A DNA stretch of 64,000 nucleotides from Armatimonadota bacterium. Lineage in GTDB: Bacteria; Armatimonadota; SYMT01. The stretch is taken from assembly GCA_046292385.1 (NCBI GenBank), contig JBKBRF010000030.1, positions 1-64,000 of the forward strand, written 5' to 3'. The position numbers and the translations under genes were made by a program. Under the pieces are notes generated by a model, which was given only the letters and a program-made list of their open reading frames with translations, was not told where the DNA came from and did no database searches. Position 1 is the first letter of the stretch; each line of letters starts with the position of its first letter. Positions 51,290 to 61,021 of the stretch are shown in pieces.

Positions 51290-51484
51290 TCACCACCAGA
51301 TCAACAGCTGCAGTAGCTCCCACAGCCCCCGCGCAACGGAGCCGCAGCCGGGCCGCTCCCGGCGCTGGTGGTCGCGCCAGGTGACCGGCCGCAGCCACCA
51401 CCAGAGCAGCAGCGCGAGGAGCGCGACGACGACCAGCGCCCCGGTCACGGCGAGGATCGGGCTGAGTTGGGTGACGGTGCTCAC
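51290..51484 (-). CDS. Small membrane protein
   Basis: Hydrophobic helix; 4-nt gap to the next gene. Confidence 0.5.
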   Translation of the reverse strand: MSTVTQLSPILAVTGALVVVALLALLLWWWLRPVTWRDHQRRERPGCGSVARGLWELLQLLIWW

Positions 51485-51682
51485 GATCGGTTAGCGGGTT
51501 CTTGGGTGGGGCGTCCGTCCGGTGGGGGAGAGGCGCTCTTGCTCGCGGTTGGAGACACCGACTACCCCCGGCGCGCTACCCTGTCCGGCTCGCCGAGCCG
51601 GGCGGAAGCGACTTCACTGCGCAATGACGGGCCGGGCTCCGTTTGTAGAACGAGGCCCGGCGCTCGATGGTTGCGGTGTGGG

Positions 51683-53992
51683 TCAGGCGGCGTCGCGCGA
51701 GGCGCCCTGGCGGAGCTGTTCGAACAGCTCCGGATGCTGCTCCGGGCCGGCGGTCTGGGTGACCACCACCTCCACCCGCACGCGCGCCTGGAGCGGGGGA
51801 TAGCACTGGCTGTCGTCGCACGGCTGCATCGCGAGGGTGGCGATCAGCGGGTAGCGGCCCGGGGCCACCACTTCGGAGACTTCCAGCTCGGCGCCGAGCA
51901 GCACGCTGCCGGAGTAGACGGAGAGCGTCTCGTCGGCGAACGGGGCCTGCCAGTCGGTCCCCTTGGGGTAGGAGCCGGCTTCGAGCTGGAAGCCCTCCGG
52001 CATCTCCAGGCTGATCTGCGTCGGCATCAGGTAGTCCTGCTTCGGCCGGAAGCTGTTCAGGTGGTAGCCGTCGCGGATGTCGAGCCGGACGCCGATCCAG
52101 AAGCGGCTGCCTGGAGCGACCGACTTCCGCGAGAGGAAGACCTCCAGCCCCACCGCGTCGCCGCCCGGCACGCCGACCCCGTCCGGCCACTCCGCCAGGT
52201 ACTCGTCCGCGGCGACCAGCATGTTGGGGAACGCCGGGCTCATCTCCGCCATCACCGGCGCGGAGCGGGAGAGGAGGTGGGCGGCGCGCTTCCGGTACTC
52301 CTCGTCGCCGGTGCTCTTCGCCGCGCGGATCAGGGCCAGCGCGGCCATCGAGTTGCCGGAGGGGGTGGCACCGTCCTGCAGGCTGTGGGTGCGGGTGATC
52401 AGCTCCTCGTGGTCGTGGCTGGTGAAGAAGTACGCGCCCGCCTCCGGGTCCCAGAACTGCTCGTCCATCCGCTTCAGCAGGGAGAGCGCAGCCTGACTCC
52501 ACTCGCCCTCGCCGGTCACCTCGTGGAGGTCAAGGAGGGCGACCGCCAGGTAGGCGTAGTCTTCCAGGTAGGCGTTCAGGTGCGCCTTGCCCGCGCGGAA
52601 CGAGCGCAGCAGCCGCTCGCCGTTCCGCATCGTGCCGAGCACGAACCGCGCGGCGGCCTCCGCGGCAGCGCGGTACCGCTCGTCCTGGAAGACGCGGTAC
52701 CCCTCTGCGAACGCGCGGATCATCAGCCCGTTCCAGCCGGCAAGCACCTTGTCGTCCAGCAGCGGATGCACGCGCCGCTCCCGATGCTCCCAGAGGCGGG
52801 CGCGCAGCGCGGCCAGGCGGTGGTCGAGCTCCGGCGCAGTAGTGCCCAGCTCCGCCGCCCACTCCTCCAGGCTGCGCGGGAGCAGGTTGGGGATCGAGCT
52901 GCCTTCGAAATTGCCGCCGGGGGTGATGTCGTAGATCCGGTTGAAGAGGGTGCCGTCGGCCTCGCCCAGGACCTCCACCACTTCTTCCGGACCCCACACG
53001 AAGAAATTGCCTTCCACGCCCTCGCTGTCGGCATCGGTGGCGGAGTAGAAGCCGCCGTCCGGGTGGGTCATCTCGCGGAGGACGTAGTCGAGGATCTCTC
53101 GCGCCACCCGGCCGTAGTACCACTCGCCAGTCTGCGCGTGCGCCAGCGCGTAGACGCGCGCCAGGAGCGCGTTGTCGTACAGCATCTTCTCGAAGTGGGG
53201 CACCAGCCACCGCTCGTCCACGCTGTAGCGGTGGAAGCCGCCGCCGACCTGGTCGTACATCCCGCCGCGCGCCATGCGGTCGAGCGTCTTGCGGACCATC
53301 GGCAGCAGGTGAGTATCGCCGCGGCGCCCCGCCCGCCGGAGGAGCAGCTCCAGGCGCATCGAGGGCGGGAACTTCGGCGCGCCGCCGAAGCCGCCGTGCT
53401 CCGCGTCGTAGGTGCCGGCGGTGACGCGGACCGCATTCTCCACCAGCTCGTCCTTGACGGCGCCCTGGCCTGCGGTGGCGGTGGAGTACTGGTGGATTGC
53501 CAGCGCCACGCGGCTGGCCTGGTCTTCCAGCTCCGGCCGCCGCTCGCGCCACGCGCGGGCGATCTCCTGCAGCAGCGTCCCGAAGCCGGGGCGGCCCCAC
53601 CGGTCCTCCGGCGGGAAGTAGGTGCCGGCGTAGAACGGGCGCAGGTCCGGGGTGAGGAAGACCGACATCGGCCAGCCGCCGCTCTGGGTCATGAGCTGCG
53701 TCGCCGTCATGTAGATCTCGTCGAGGTCCGGCCGCTCCTCGCGGTCGACCTTGATCGAGACGAACTCCCGGTTCAGGATCTCGGCGATCGCCGGGTTCTC
53801 GAAGCTCTCCCGCTCCATCACGTGGCACCAGTGGCAGGCGGAGTAGCCGATGGAGAGGAAGATCGGCCGGTTCTCCGCGCGCGCCCGCCCCAGCGCCTCC
53901 TCGCCCCACGGGTACCAGTCGACCGGGTTGTGCGCGTGCTGGAGCAGGTAGGGACTGGTCGAGTCGATTAGGCGGTTGGGCGATGCGGACAC
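51683..53992 (-). CDS. YyaL/SPATA20-like thioredoxin (DUF255) + alpha/alpha toroid protein with C-terminal DsbD-N-like domain
   Basis: [44 protein letters not shown]-terminal G YH.N...[11 protein letters not shown]. Confidence 0.9.
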   Translation of the reverse strand: MSASPNRLIDSTSPYLLQHAHNPVDWYPWGEEALGRARAENRPIFLSIGYSACHWCHVMERESFENPAIAEILNREFVSIKVDREERPDLDEIYMTATQLMTQSGGWPMSVFLTPDLRPFYAGTYFPPEDRWGRPGFGTLLQEIARAWRERRPELEDQASRVALAIHQYSTATAGQGAVKDELVENAVRVTAGTYDAEHGGFGGAPKFPPSMRLELLLRRAGRRGDTHLLPMVRKTLDRMARGGMYDQVGGGFHRYSVDERWLVPHFEKMLYDNALLARVYALAHAQTGEWYYGRVAREILDYVLREMTHPDGGFYSATDADSEGVEGNFFVWGPEEVVEVLGEADGTLFNRIYDITPGGNFEGSSIPNLLPRSLEEWAAELGTTAPELDHRLAALRARLWEHRERRVHPLLDDKVLAGWNGLMIRAFAEGYRVFQDERYRAAAEAAARFVLGTMRNGERLLRSFRAGKAHLNAYLEDYAYLAVALLDLHEVTGEGEWSQAALSLLKRMDEQFWDPEAGAYFFTSHDHEELITRTHSLQDGATPSGNSMAALALIRAAKSTGDEEYRKRAAHLLSRSAPVMAEMSPAFPNMLVAADEYLAEWPDGVGVPGGDAVGLEVFLSRKSVAPGSRFWIGVRLDIRDGYHLNSFRPKQDYLMPTQISLEMPEGFQLEAGSYPKGTDWQAPFADETLSVYSGSVLLGAELEVSEVVAPGRYPLIATLAMQPCDDSQCYPPLQARVRVEVVVTQTAGPEQHPELFEQLRQGASRDAA

Positions 53993-54050
53993 GGGAGGTT
54001 CCTCTGGCTCTCGTCGGCAGTGGGTCGAGATCGGCGGCTGCGGTGCGAAG

Positions 54051-54336
54051 TATTCCGTATCGCGTATCGCGTATCGTCGTCGGCTTCCTTTTACCGCTGG
54101 CGTCGTGCCGGGCGGAGGGGATGGCGGCCCCTGGTCACCGGCGGCGTGCTCCGGCATGAGCTACCCGCGCCAGTGCGAGGATACTCCACTTCCCGCGGGG
54201 GGGAGGCGGGTTCGACGGAGAAAAGGGGGCGAAGAGGCGCTGCGCCCGGCACGACGTTCGCGGGGAGCGGCCGAGGCGGGCCGCTACGGAATACGCGATA
54301 CGGAATACGCGATTAAGCGATACGGAATACGCGCTA
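54051..54336. repeat. Inverted CGTAT(C/T)(G/C) heptamer arrays flanking ~205 bp
   Basis: TATTCCGTATCGCGTATCGCGTATCG at 54051-54076 and ATACGGA/ATACGCG units at 54284-54336. Confidence 0.8.
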
Positions 54337-56211
54337 TGCCCCGCAGGCGGCGAAGGAGCGGGTCTCTTCCAGGGCGCGGCGGATCTCTTCCGGCGCGGCG
54401 GGCTTGACCAGGTGGAGGTCGAAGCCGGCTTCGCGGGCGGCGGCGACGTCCCGCTCCTGGCCGTAGCCGGTCAGCGCGATCAGCCGCAGCTCCGCGCCGC
54501 GCTCCTGCCGCAGGCGGCGGGCGACTTCGTAGCCGTCCACGCCCGGGAGACCGATGTCGACGATGGCGAGGTCCGGCTGCTCCGAACGGGCAACGGTGAG
54601 TCCTTCCGAGCCGGTGCGGGCCACGCAGGGGCGGTAGCCCCACATCTCCAGCATCTCCGCCAGCGTCTCCGCGGCGTCGACGTTGTCTTCCACCACCAGG
54701 ACCTTGAGACGGCGGTCGCCGGAGCCGTCGCTCCTCGAGACGCTCGGTGCCGGTTCCGGGGACTGCGCCAGCGGGAGGTAGGCGCGGAACTCGCTGCCGC
54801 GGCCCGGGCCTTCACTCCGGACCTCCACCCGCCCTCCGTGCAGCTCCAGCAGGCTCTTCACCAGCGTGAGGCCGATGCCGAGCCCGCCCTGGCTGTGGGC
54901 GAGCGACTCGTCTGCCTGGACGAATAGCTCGAACACCTTCGGGAGCAGCTCCGGGCTGATGCCGACGCCGTTGTCCTTCACGGTCAGCACCGCCTGCCCG
55001 CCGTCCCGCTCGAGCCGCACTTCGATCCGCCCGCCCGCGGGCGTGTACTTGGCCGCATTCGTGAGGAGGTTGGAGAAGACCTGCTCGACGCGGACCCGGT
55101 CGACCCTGGCCGGCACCGGGGTGGAGCAGATCAGCTCCCGCAGCTGGTGGTCGCCCGCCTGGACCAGCGGATGCGCCGTATCGAGCGCGCTGCGCAGCAC
55201 GTCGCGCAGGTCCACCACCTCCGGGCGCAGCTCCACCACGCCCCGCGTGATGCGGGAGACGTCGAGGAGATCGTCGACCAGCCGCTTCAGGTGGTGCGAC
55301 TGGCGGCCGATCACGCCGAGATAGCGGCTCAGCTCCGGGTCGTTCTGCAGCCGGCGGTCGAGCACGTAGTGCGCGTTGGTGATCGAGGCGAGCGGGTTCC
55401 GCAGCTCGTGCGCCAGCATCGCGAGGAACTGGTCCTTGCGCCGGTTCGCCTCTTCCTCCGCCTCGTAGAGCCGGGCCACCTTCTCCGCCATCTCTCGCTC
55501 GCGCCGCACCGTTTCTATATAGGCGGTGTAGCCGCGGAAGCCGAGGAAGAGACACGGCAGCAGCAGGAGCGCGGCGGGCCCGGTGAGGAGGTACGTGCCC
55601 CAGACCCCGGCCGCCGCCGCCGCGCAGCCGAAGTAGGCCGGCGCGGTCCAGAGATAGTGCTCCCGCCAGACCTCCAGCGGCGGCTGCTCCTGCTCCAGCG
55701 CGATCGCGGTGGCCACCCCCAGCGTGTTCAGACAGAAGTAGACCGCCGTGAAGAGGAGCACGCCGCAGAGCAGGCCGAGCTCCCCCGCGGGAAGCAGGGG
55801 CGCCGCGGTCCACGCGCCGAGCGCCGCCGCGCCGCTCACCAGGGCGCAGTGGGCTCCATTGAAGACCCGCCGGTACATCGGCTGTACCACCCAGCGGAAG
55901 CGGCCCTCCGCGTCCCGCCGGATCAGGTGGGTGGAGGTGGCGCCCAGGGCGGCGCAGGCCATCGCCACCCAGGCCGGCTGCAGGAGGAACGCCAGGCAGA
56001 CGACCGCGAAGACGAGACTCTGCTTCCCCCGCAGGATGGTGAGCTGGACCTTCCACGTCCCGGCGATGAACGATGCCAGCAGGAGCACGACCGCGGTGAT
56101 GCCGTCCACCGCCTGCGGCTGGCGCAGCGCGGCCCAGAGCACCGGCGCCAGCAGGAGCACCTGGGCCGCCACGTAGGTCTGCAGCCGTATCGGGAGCTTA
56201 CTGAAGCTCAC
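54334..56211 (-). CDS. Hybrid histidine kinase with multi-pass membrane sensor domain
   Basis: About 7-8 TMs, then LAHELRNPL, NLLTNAAKYT, GGLGIGL and a REC domain (VDIGLPG). Confidence 0.92.
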   Translation of the reverse strand: MSFSKLPIRLQTYVAAQVLLLAPVLWAALRQPQAVDGITAVVLLLASFIAGTWKVQLTILRGKQSLVFAVVCLAFLLQPAWVAMACAALGATSTHLIRRDAEGRFRWVVQPMYRRVFNGAHCALVSGAAALGAWTAAPLLPAGELGLLCGVLLFTAVYFCLNTLGVATAIALEQEQPPLEVWREHYLWTAPAYFGCAAAAAGVWGTYLLTGPAALLLLPCLFLGFRGYTAYIETVRREREMAEKVARLYEAEEEANRRKDQFLAMLAHELRNPLASITNAHYVLDRRLQNDPELSRYLGVIGRQSHHLKRLVDDLLDVSRITRGVVELRPEVVDLRDVLRSALDTAHPLVQAGDHQLRELICSTPVPARVDRVRVEQVFSNLLTNAAKYTPAGGRIEVRLERDGGQAVLTVKDNGVGISPELLPKVFELFVQADESLAHSQGGLGIGLTLVKSLLELHGGRVEVRSEGPGRGSEFRAYLPLAQSPEPAPSVSRSDGSGDRRLKVLVVEDNVDAAETLAEMLEMWGYRPCVARTGSEGLTVARSEQPDLAIVDIGLPGVDGYEVARRLRQERGAELRLIALTGYGQERDVAAAREAGFDLHLVKPAAPEEIRRALEETRSFAACGA

Positions 56212-56246
56212 TTCATCTCCATCGGTTCGGGAGGCGGAGCGTGCGG

Positions 56247-57983
56247 TCAGAGCTCGACCGAGTGCATCGGCGCGTCGCCGACCGCCAGCACGTCGTCGTC
56301 ACCCCAGGTCGACTGGTCGCCCCAGAGGCCGCCATCGTTCCACGCAGCCTGGTTGCTCCACGCCGCCTGCTGCTCCGCCACGCCGTTGCTCTGCGAGGTG
56401 ACCGCGCCGGTCCAGGTGGTGGAGGCGCCCCAGAAGAGCTGCGGGCTCCAGGCTTGCTGGCGGTAGCCGAAGAGGTCGTTACCCGAGAGGACGCGATCCG
56501 CCCAGTACAGGTTCCGATTCCATGAGAAGGTACGGGCATTGATCGTACTGGAGTAGGTGGGCGCGGCCGTCTGCCAGTAGGCGCCCGCTGACGCGCCATG
56601 GCTCACGCAGCCCGCCAGCGCCAGCGCGCCGACCACGTTCAGGCTGCCCGCTCCTTGAGTGACGGTGGAAAGCCCGGACGGGAGCGGATAGCCCCAGGAG
56701 TCGGTTACGGGGAGCCGCTCCGCCGTAAAGGTGAGCAGCCCCTTGACGGTGTTCGGGTCGAGGGCAGGATAGGCCTGGAGCAGCAGCGCCGCGGCGCCCG
56801 ACGCCTGCGGCGCCGCGAAGCTGGTGCCGGAGAGCCTGAAGTAGTCGACGGTCGACGGCGTCGAGCCGTCCGCATCGACCCGGTTGTTCGGAAGCTGGGC
56901 GTCGAGGTACGACCCCGGCGCGCGGACGGAGACGATTCGGTTCCCCGGCGCCACCAGGTCCGGCTTCGCCCAGTGGTCCAGGTACGTCGGGCCGCGGCTG
57001 CTGAAGCTGGCGACCCGATCGTCGCCCCGCGTGCCGGTCTCCATCGTGTTCAGCGCGCCGACGGTGAGCGCCGCCGGCTCGTTGCCGGGGCTCGAGATGC
57101 CGCCGTAGACGGTTTGCCCGTTGGCGTTCTTCCCCTTGTTCCCGGCGGAGCAGACCACCACCAGCCCCGCGGAGACCGCCCGCCGCACCGCGGCGCAGAG
57201 CGGGTCGGTCGTGGTGCTCTCGCCGGGCCGCTGCCCCAGCGACAGGTTGACGACGCGCAGGTTGTAGGCGGCCCGGTTCGTCACACACCAGTCGAGACCG
57301 GCGATCACCGTGCTGGTGTAGCCGGAGCCGTTCTGCCCCAGCACCTTCACCGCTACGAGGTCCGCGTCCGGGGCGATGCCGCGGATCGACTGGTTGGACG
57401 CGGCGCCGCTGCCCAGCAGCGCCCCCGCCACGTGGGTGCCGTGCCCGTTGTCGTCGTACGGCGCCGTGTAGCCGTTGATCAGGTCCTTCCAGCCCACGAC
57501 GCGGCTGGTGGAGGTGCCCCAGCGGTTCCACTCCGCCGTGTTGCTCACCACGCCGGAATCGAGCACCGCCACGCGCACGCCGGTGCCGCCGTAGCCCGGA
57601 CTGGCCCAGACCTGGTGCGCGCCGACCGTCTGGTGATCGTAGTCATTCTGGCGCACCACCAGGCGATCGGGGGAAACCCACGCCACCGCGGAATCGAGCG
57701 CCAGCTCGTCGATGAAAGTGAGGGGGATCGAAAGGACGGCCGCCTGGATACCGGGGAGCCGCGCGATCGAGAGCCCACCGTAGGCGAGAGCGAGGAGAGA
57801 CGGGCTCACGTTCGGCCGCGCGAGCTGCACGATCACCCGGCGCGGCGTGAGATCGAGCGGCCGGCTCTGCAGCTCGGAGTGCAGGTCCGGAGCGATCCCC
57901 CCGGCCGACGCCGGGCCCGCCGCGCCTAGGCAGAGGAGCGCCATCCACAGCAGGCGCGGCTGAATTCTGAGCAGGGCCTTCAT
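56247..57983 (-). CDS. Secreted S8 (subtilisin/AprX-like) serine protease with Trp-repeat tail
   Basis: Signal peptide; triad VLDSG, HGTHVAG, GTSFAAP; tail with W every 6 residues; GGAGGAG RBS. Confidence 0.92.
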   Translation of the reverse strand: MKALLRIQPRLLWMALLCLGAAGPASAGGIAPDLHSELQSRPLDLTPRRVIVQLARPNVSPSLLALAYGGLSIARLPGIQAAVLSIPLTFIDELALDSAVAWVSPDRLVVRQNDYDHQTVGAHQVWASPGYGGTGVRVAVLDSGVVSNTAEWNRWGTSTSRVVGWKDLINGYTAPYDDNGHGTHVAGALLGSGAASNQSIRGIAPDADLVAVKVLGQNGSGYTSTVIAGLDWCVTNRAAYNLRVVNLSLGQRPGESTTTDPLCAAVRRAVSAGLVVVCSAGNKGKNANGQTVYGGISSPGNEPAALTVGALNTMETGTRGDDRVASFSSRGPTYLDHWAKPDLVAPGNRIVSVRAPGSYLDAQLPNNRVDADGSTPSTVDYFRLSGTSFAAPQASGAAALLLQAYPALDPNTVKGLLTFTAERLPVTDSWGYPLPSGLSTVTQGAGSLNVVGALALAGCVSHGASAGAYWQTAAPTYSSTINARTFSWNRNLYWADRVLSGNDLFGYRQQAWSPQLFWGASTTWTGAVTSQSNGVAEQQAAWSNQAAWNDGGLWGDQSTWGDDDVLAVGDAPMHSVEL

Positions 57984-58195
57984 ACCGTCTCCTCCCTGCC
58001 AACGCAGGTAGACGCCTCGGATCTCTCCCTCTTGATCCAGATGGTGCCAGGCAGGGAGAGCTTCATCAGGGTGCTTTTCCGACCACCAAACGAGAGCCAG
58101 TGGCTCTTGGTAGAAAAGAGCTCGAAGGGCGAGCGACAGAGCGCACTCAAAGTTACCCCTGAAGGCGCAGGCTCAATCGTGCGGCGCAAGAGTAA

Positions 58196-58219
58196 GGGCC
58201 GCCCCCGCGGGGGCGGCCC
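58196..58219 (-). terminator. GC hairpin downstream of rplY
   Basis: GGGCCGCCCCC-GC-GGGGGCGGCCC followed by TTACTCTT on the minus strand. Confidence 0.5.
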
Positions 58220-58278
58220 GGAGTGGAGAGCGAGTTGGAAGCGACCGCGAGAGGCGGTCGCCCACGGGGTGGCGTGGA

Positions 58279-58959
58279 CTAACCCGCGCCGGCTCCCGCG
58301 GTCTCCTCGGCTTCCTCCGCTTCCTCCTCGGTAGTCACCGCTTCGGCTGCCGCGTGCGCCGCTTCTTCGGCGTCGAGCGCCGCTTCCACGTCGGCCGGGA
58401 TGCTCGGCGCGTTCACGGTAGCGACCGGCAGATCCGGATCCTTGGTCGGCTCTACGCCCTCCGGCAGACCGAGGTCCGCGATGCGGATGGCGGTGCCCGC
58501 CTCGCACTCTGCGACGTTGACGGTGATCATCGTCGGGAGCAGGTCCGCGCGACCCGTCACCTCGAGCTCCGTCATCTGGCGCTCCAGCACCAGATGGTTC
58601 GCGATCACCTCGTCCTCACCCACGAAGGTGACCGGGACGGTGGAGCGGATCGTCTCCCGCATGTCGATCCGCTGGAAGCCGATCGTGGTTACCCGTCCCG
58701 TCACGCCGTCTCGATCCAGCTCCCGGATCAGGGCGGGGGTCGACTCGCCGTTCACCTGCAGCTCCACGATGCCGCCGGGCGCGTGGTAGCGGAGGAAATC
58801 GGAGAGGGTCCGCTCGGAGAGCTGGATCAGCCTCGGATCTCCGTGGCCGAAGAGCGATCCGGGCACGTACCCGTCCCGACGGAGGCGTTTCAGGTCGGAC
58901 TTGCGGCCGGTCGGCTGCCGCGGCTCCGCGGCGATATGGGGTCTGGTCTGGCTTGCCAT
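58279..58959 (-). CDS. rplY: 50S ribosomal protein bL25 (long Ctc/TL5 form)
   Basis: LRRDGYVPG.LFG, VPV.FVGE, I.V.V......I.I.DL.LPEGV, acidic tail. Confidence 0.88.
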   Translation of the reverse strand: MASQTRPHIAAEPRQPTGRKSDLKRLRRDGYVPGSLFGHGDPRLIQLSERTLSDFLRYHAPGGIVELQVNGESTPALIRELDRDGVTGRVTTIGFQRIDMRETIRSTVPVTFVGEDEVIANHLVLERQMTELEVTGRADLLPTMITVNVAECEAGTAIRIADLGLPEGVEPTKDPDLPVATVNAPSIPADVEAALDAEEAAHAAAEAVTTEEEAEEAEETAGAGAG

Positions 58960-59100
58960 ACTCTTCCTTCCTGCGGTGGGGCAACACCTCATGATTGCCG
59001 CACCCGCTGTTTGCCAAACTTGCGGGTTCCGCGCGGGGAGGTGGGGCGCTCGGACGTGGCGGGTGTGGGCGCGGGCGGCGGCAGGCTGGCGAGAGGCTGG

Positions 59101-59253
59101 CGTATTGCGTATTCCGTATTGCGTAGCGGCGGGCCTGCTGCGCTCTGCGGGTCATCCTGCCGGGCGAAACGCTGCGGGCAAGCGCCCGCCCGGCACGATG
59201 TCCTGGAACCGAGGTAGCGGCTGTCCGCTACGCAATACGCGATACGCGATACG
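59101..59253. repeat. Inverted CGTATTG/CGTATCG heptamer arrays around an internal palindrome
   Basis: Arms at 59101-59129 and 59225-59253; internal TGCCGGGCG...CGCCCGGCA. Confidence 0.8.
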
Positions 59254-59276
59254 TCCCACCCGCAGCCGAGTACGAG

Positions 59277-60755
59277 CTACGGGATCCGCCGATAGACGTA
59301 GAAGACGAACGGCTGGCGGTCGCGCGGGCGGCGGTACCGGAAGGTGCGCACCCGCGCGTATTGCTGCTCCCACTCGGGTCCGGCGGCGCTGGTGACGTTC
59401 TCCAGCTCTCGGGGGCGCAGGACGATCCACTCCGGCTGCCGGGTGCGGGCAATCTCCCAGAGGGGGGAGGGGCCGCCGCGCCGCCAGTAGGGGATTACCT
59501 CCGGCGAGACGAGGCCGATCACGTCGAGGATCCGGCGCCCGGAGAAGTAGCCGGCGTATCCGATCGGCTCCAGCATGATCGTCTCGCCCGGCGCGACCTG
59601 CTCCCGCAGCCAGAGCGCCATCGGCTTTCGGAGCCGGTCCTCGATGAGCTGCGTGGTGCGAGCGGCGTGGTAGCTCCAGCCGACCAGCCCCACCGCCAGG
59701 ACCGCGGCCGCCGTTCCCGCGAGCAGCCGGCCGGCGGCGGGCGGCTGCCGGCGGCACAGCGGCTCCGCGGCCGTGACGATCCCGATTCCTACCAGCAGGT
59801 CGTGCACTGGCAGCGGAGGGACGAGATACCACTCGAAAACCGGCACCCGCACGGCGGCGGCGATGGCGCCCAGGTAGAGGAGGGCCCAGGCCAGCGGCGG
59901 AAGCAGCGCCCAGCTCCGGGCGGCGACCACCTGCCGCAGCCCGATCAGCGCCACCAGGTGTGCGGCCAGATAGGCCGGCTCCACCAGCCGCGTGAGCACC
60001 CCTCTCGTACCGGGGAACAGCTCCAGCGCGCCCGGCCAGTTGTAGACGGTCATCTTCGCCGCCGCGGTGCCGGGGAGCGGCGAGCCGAAGTAGAGAGTCG
60101 CGAACGCGAGCCACGGCGCCGCGAGCACGAGGAAGAGCGCCAGTCCGCGCCACGGAATCCGCCGCTCCCGGATCGTGAAGGCGACGGTGACGGCTCCCGC
60201 CAGCAGCGCGCCGTCCCAGCGCAGGAGGAAGAGGGCGGCGAGCAGCGCATAGGCCGGCAGCTCCCGCCGGTGGGTGTACGCCAGCCAGGCGGCGGCCCCA
60301 CAGAGCGCGACGAGCGAGGTCTCCATCCCGGAGACCGCCCAGCGGATGTGGAGCGGGTGCACGGCGATCCAGAACGCGGCGGCCCGCCCCGCGCGCTCCC
60401 ATCCCAGTGCGGTGAGCCAGCGGTACGCCACCAGGCAGAGGGCGCCGTCCGCCGCGATGTTGAGCGCCTTTCCAACGTACAGCGCCGGCGCGCCGAGCCA
60501 CGACGCCACCGCCAGCAGCAGGGTGTAGAGCGGGGTGGTGGTCCCCAGCACCCGCTCTCCCGGGTTGTAGACAAAGCCGAGCCCGTGCGCCAGGTTTTCC
60601 GCGTAGCGCAGCGTGATGAGCGCATCCTCGTTGGTGAAGTGCGTTCCCCACGCCACCCCCACCCGAACCAGCACCGCCAGCGCGGCCAGCACCCACACCA
60701 GCGGCGGGATGAGAGGGGAGGAGGGGGCAGTCGGCTCCGGAGAAGGTTGGCTCAT
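59277..60755 (-). CDS. GT-C fold integral membrane glycosyltransferase
   Basis: EDALITLRYA.NL..G.G.VYNPGE.V.G.T.PL, SGMET, R.DG, YFG..LP, D.IGL. Confidence 0.8.
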   Translation of the reverse strand: MSQPSPEPTAPSSPLIPPLVWVLAALAVLVRVGVAWGTHFTNEDALITLRYAENLAHGLGFVYNPGERVLGTTTPLYTLLLAVASWLGAPALYVGKALNIAADGALCLVAYRWLTALGWERAGRAAAFWIAVHPLHIRWAVSGMETSLVALCGAAAWLAYTHRRELPAYALLAALFLLRWDGALLAGAVTVAFTIRERRIPWRGLALFLVLAAPWLAFATLYFGSPLPGTAAAKMTVYNWPGALELFPGTRGVLTRLVEPAYLAAHLVALIGLRQVVAARSWALLPPLAWALLYLGAIAAAVRVPVFEWYLVPPLPVHDLLVGIGIVTAAEPLCRRQPPAAGRLLAGTAAAVLAVGLVGWSYHAARTTQLIEDRLRKPMALWLREQVAPGETIMLEPIGYAGYFSGRRILDVIGLVSPEVIPYWRRGGPSPLWEIARTRQPEWIVLRPRELENVTSAAGPEWEQQYARVRTFRYRRPRDRQPFVFYVYRRIP

Positions 60756-61021
60756 GAAAAAAGGTAGCGGGAGCTTGCCGGCTCTGCGGCCAGGGGTGGG
60801 GCAGCTCGAGTGGGCGGGAGGCGTTTTTTGCGGAAGCGCTCGCCCGGTGAAGGATTTTCCCGCCGCCAGGAAGGAACACCACTGAAGAGCCGCCAGTCCA
60901 ATGGCTGGTAGCCTGTTACCTGGTTCCCCACGCCCGGACCAAGTTTAGAGGCAACCCACCCCGCACGTCCGGCCGGCTCCGGCGTCCGCCCCGCCGTCCG
61001 CTGCCCCGAGAGCTCCACTCG

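Noticed and set aside
58003..58082. CUGAUGA followed by a stem as a hammerhead ribozyme
   Set aside because: The required GAAA after stem II is absent (reads AUCCGAGG); kept only as a leader candidate.
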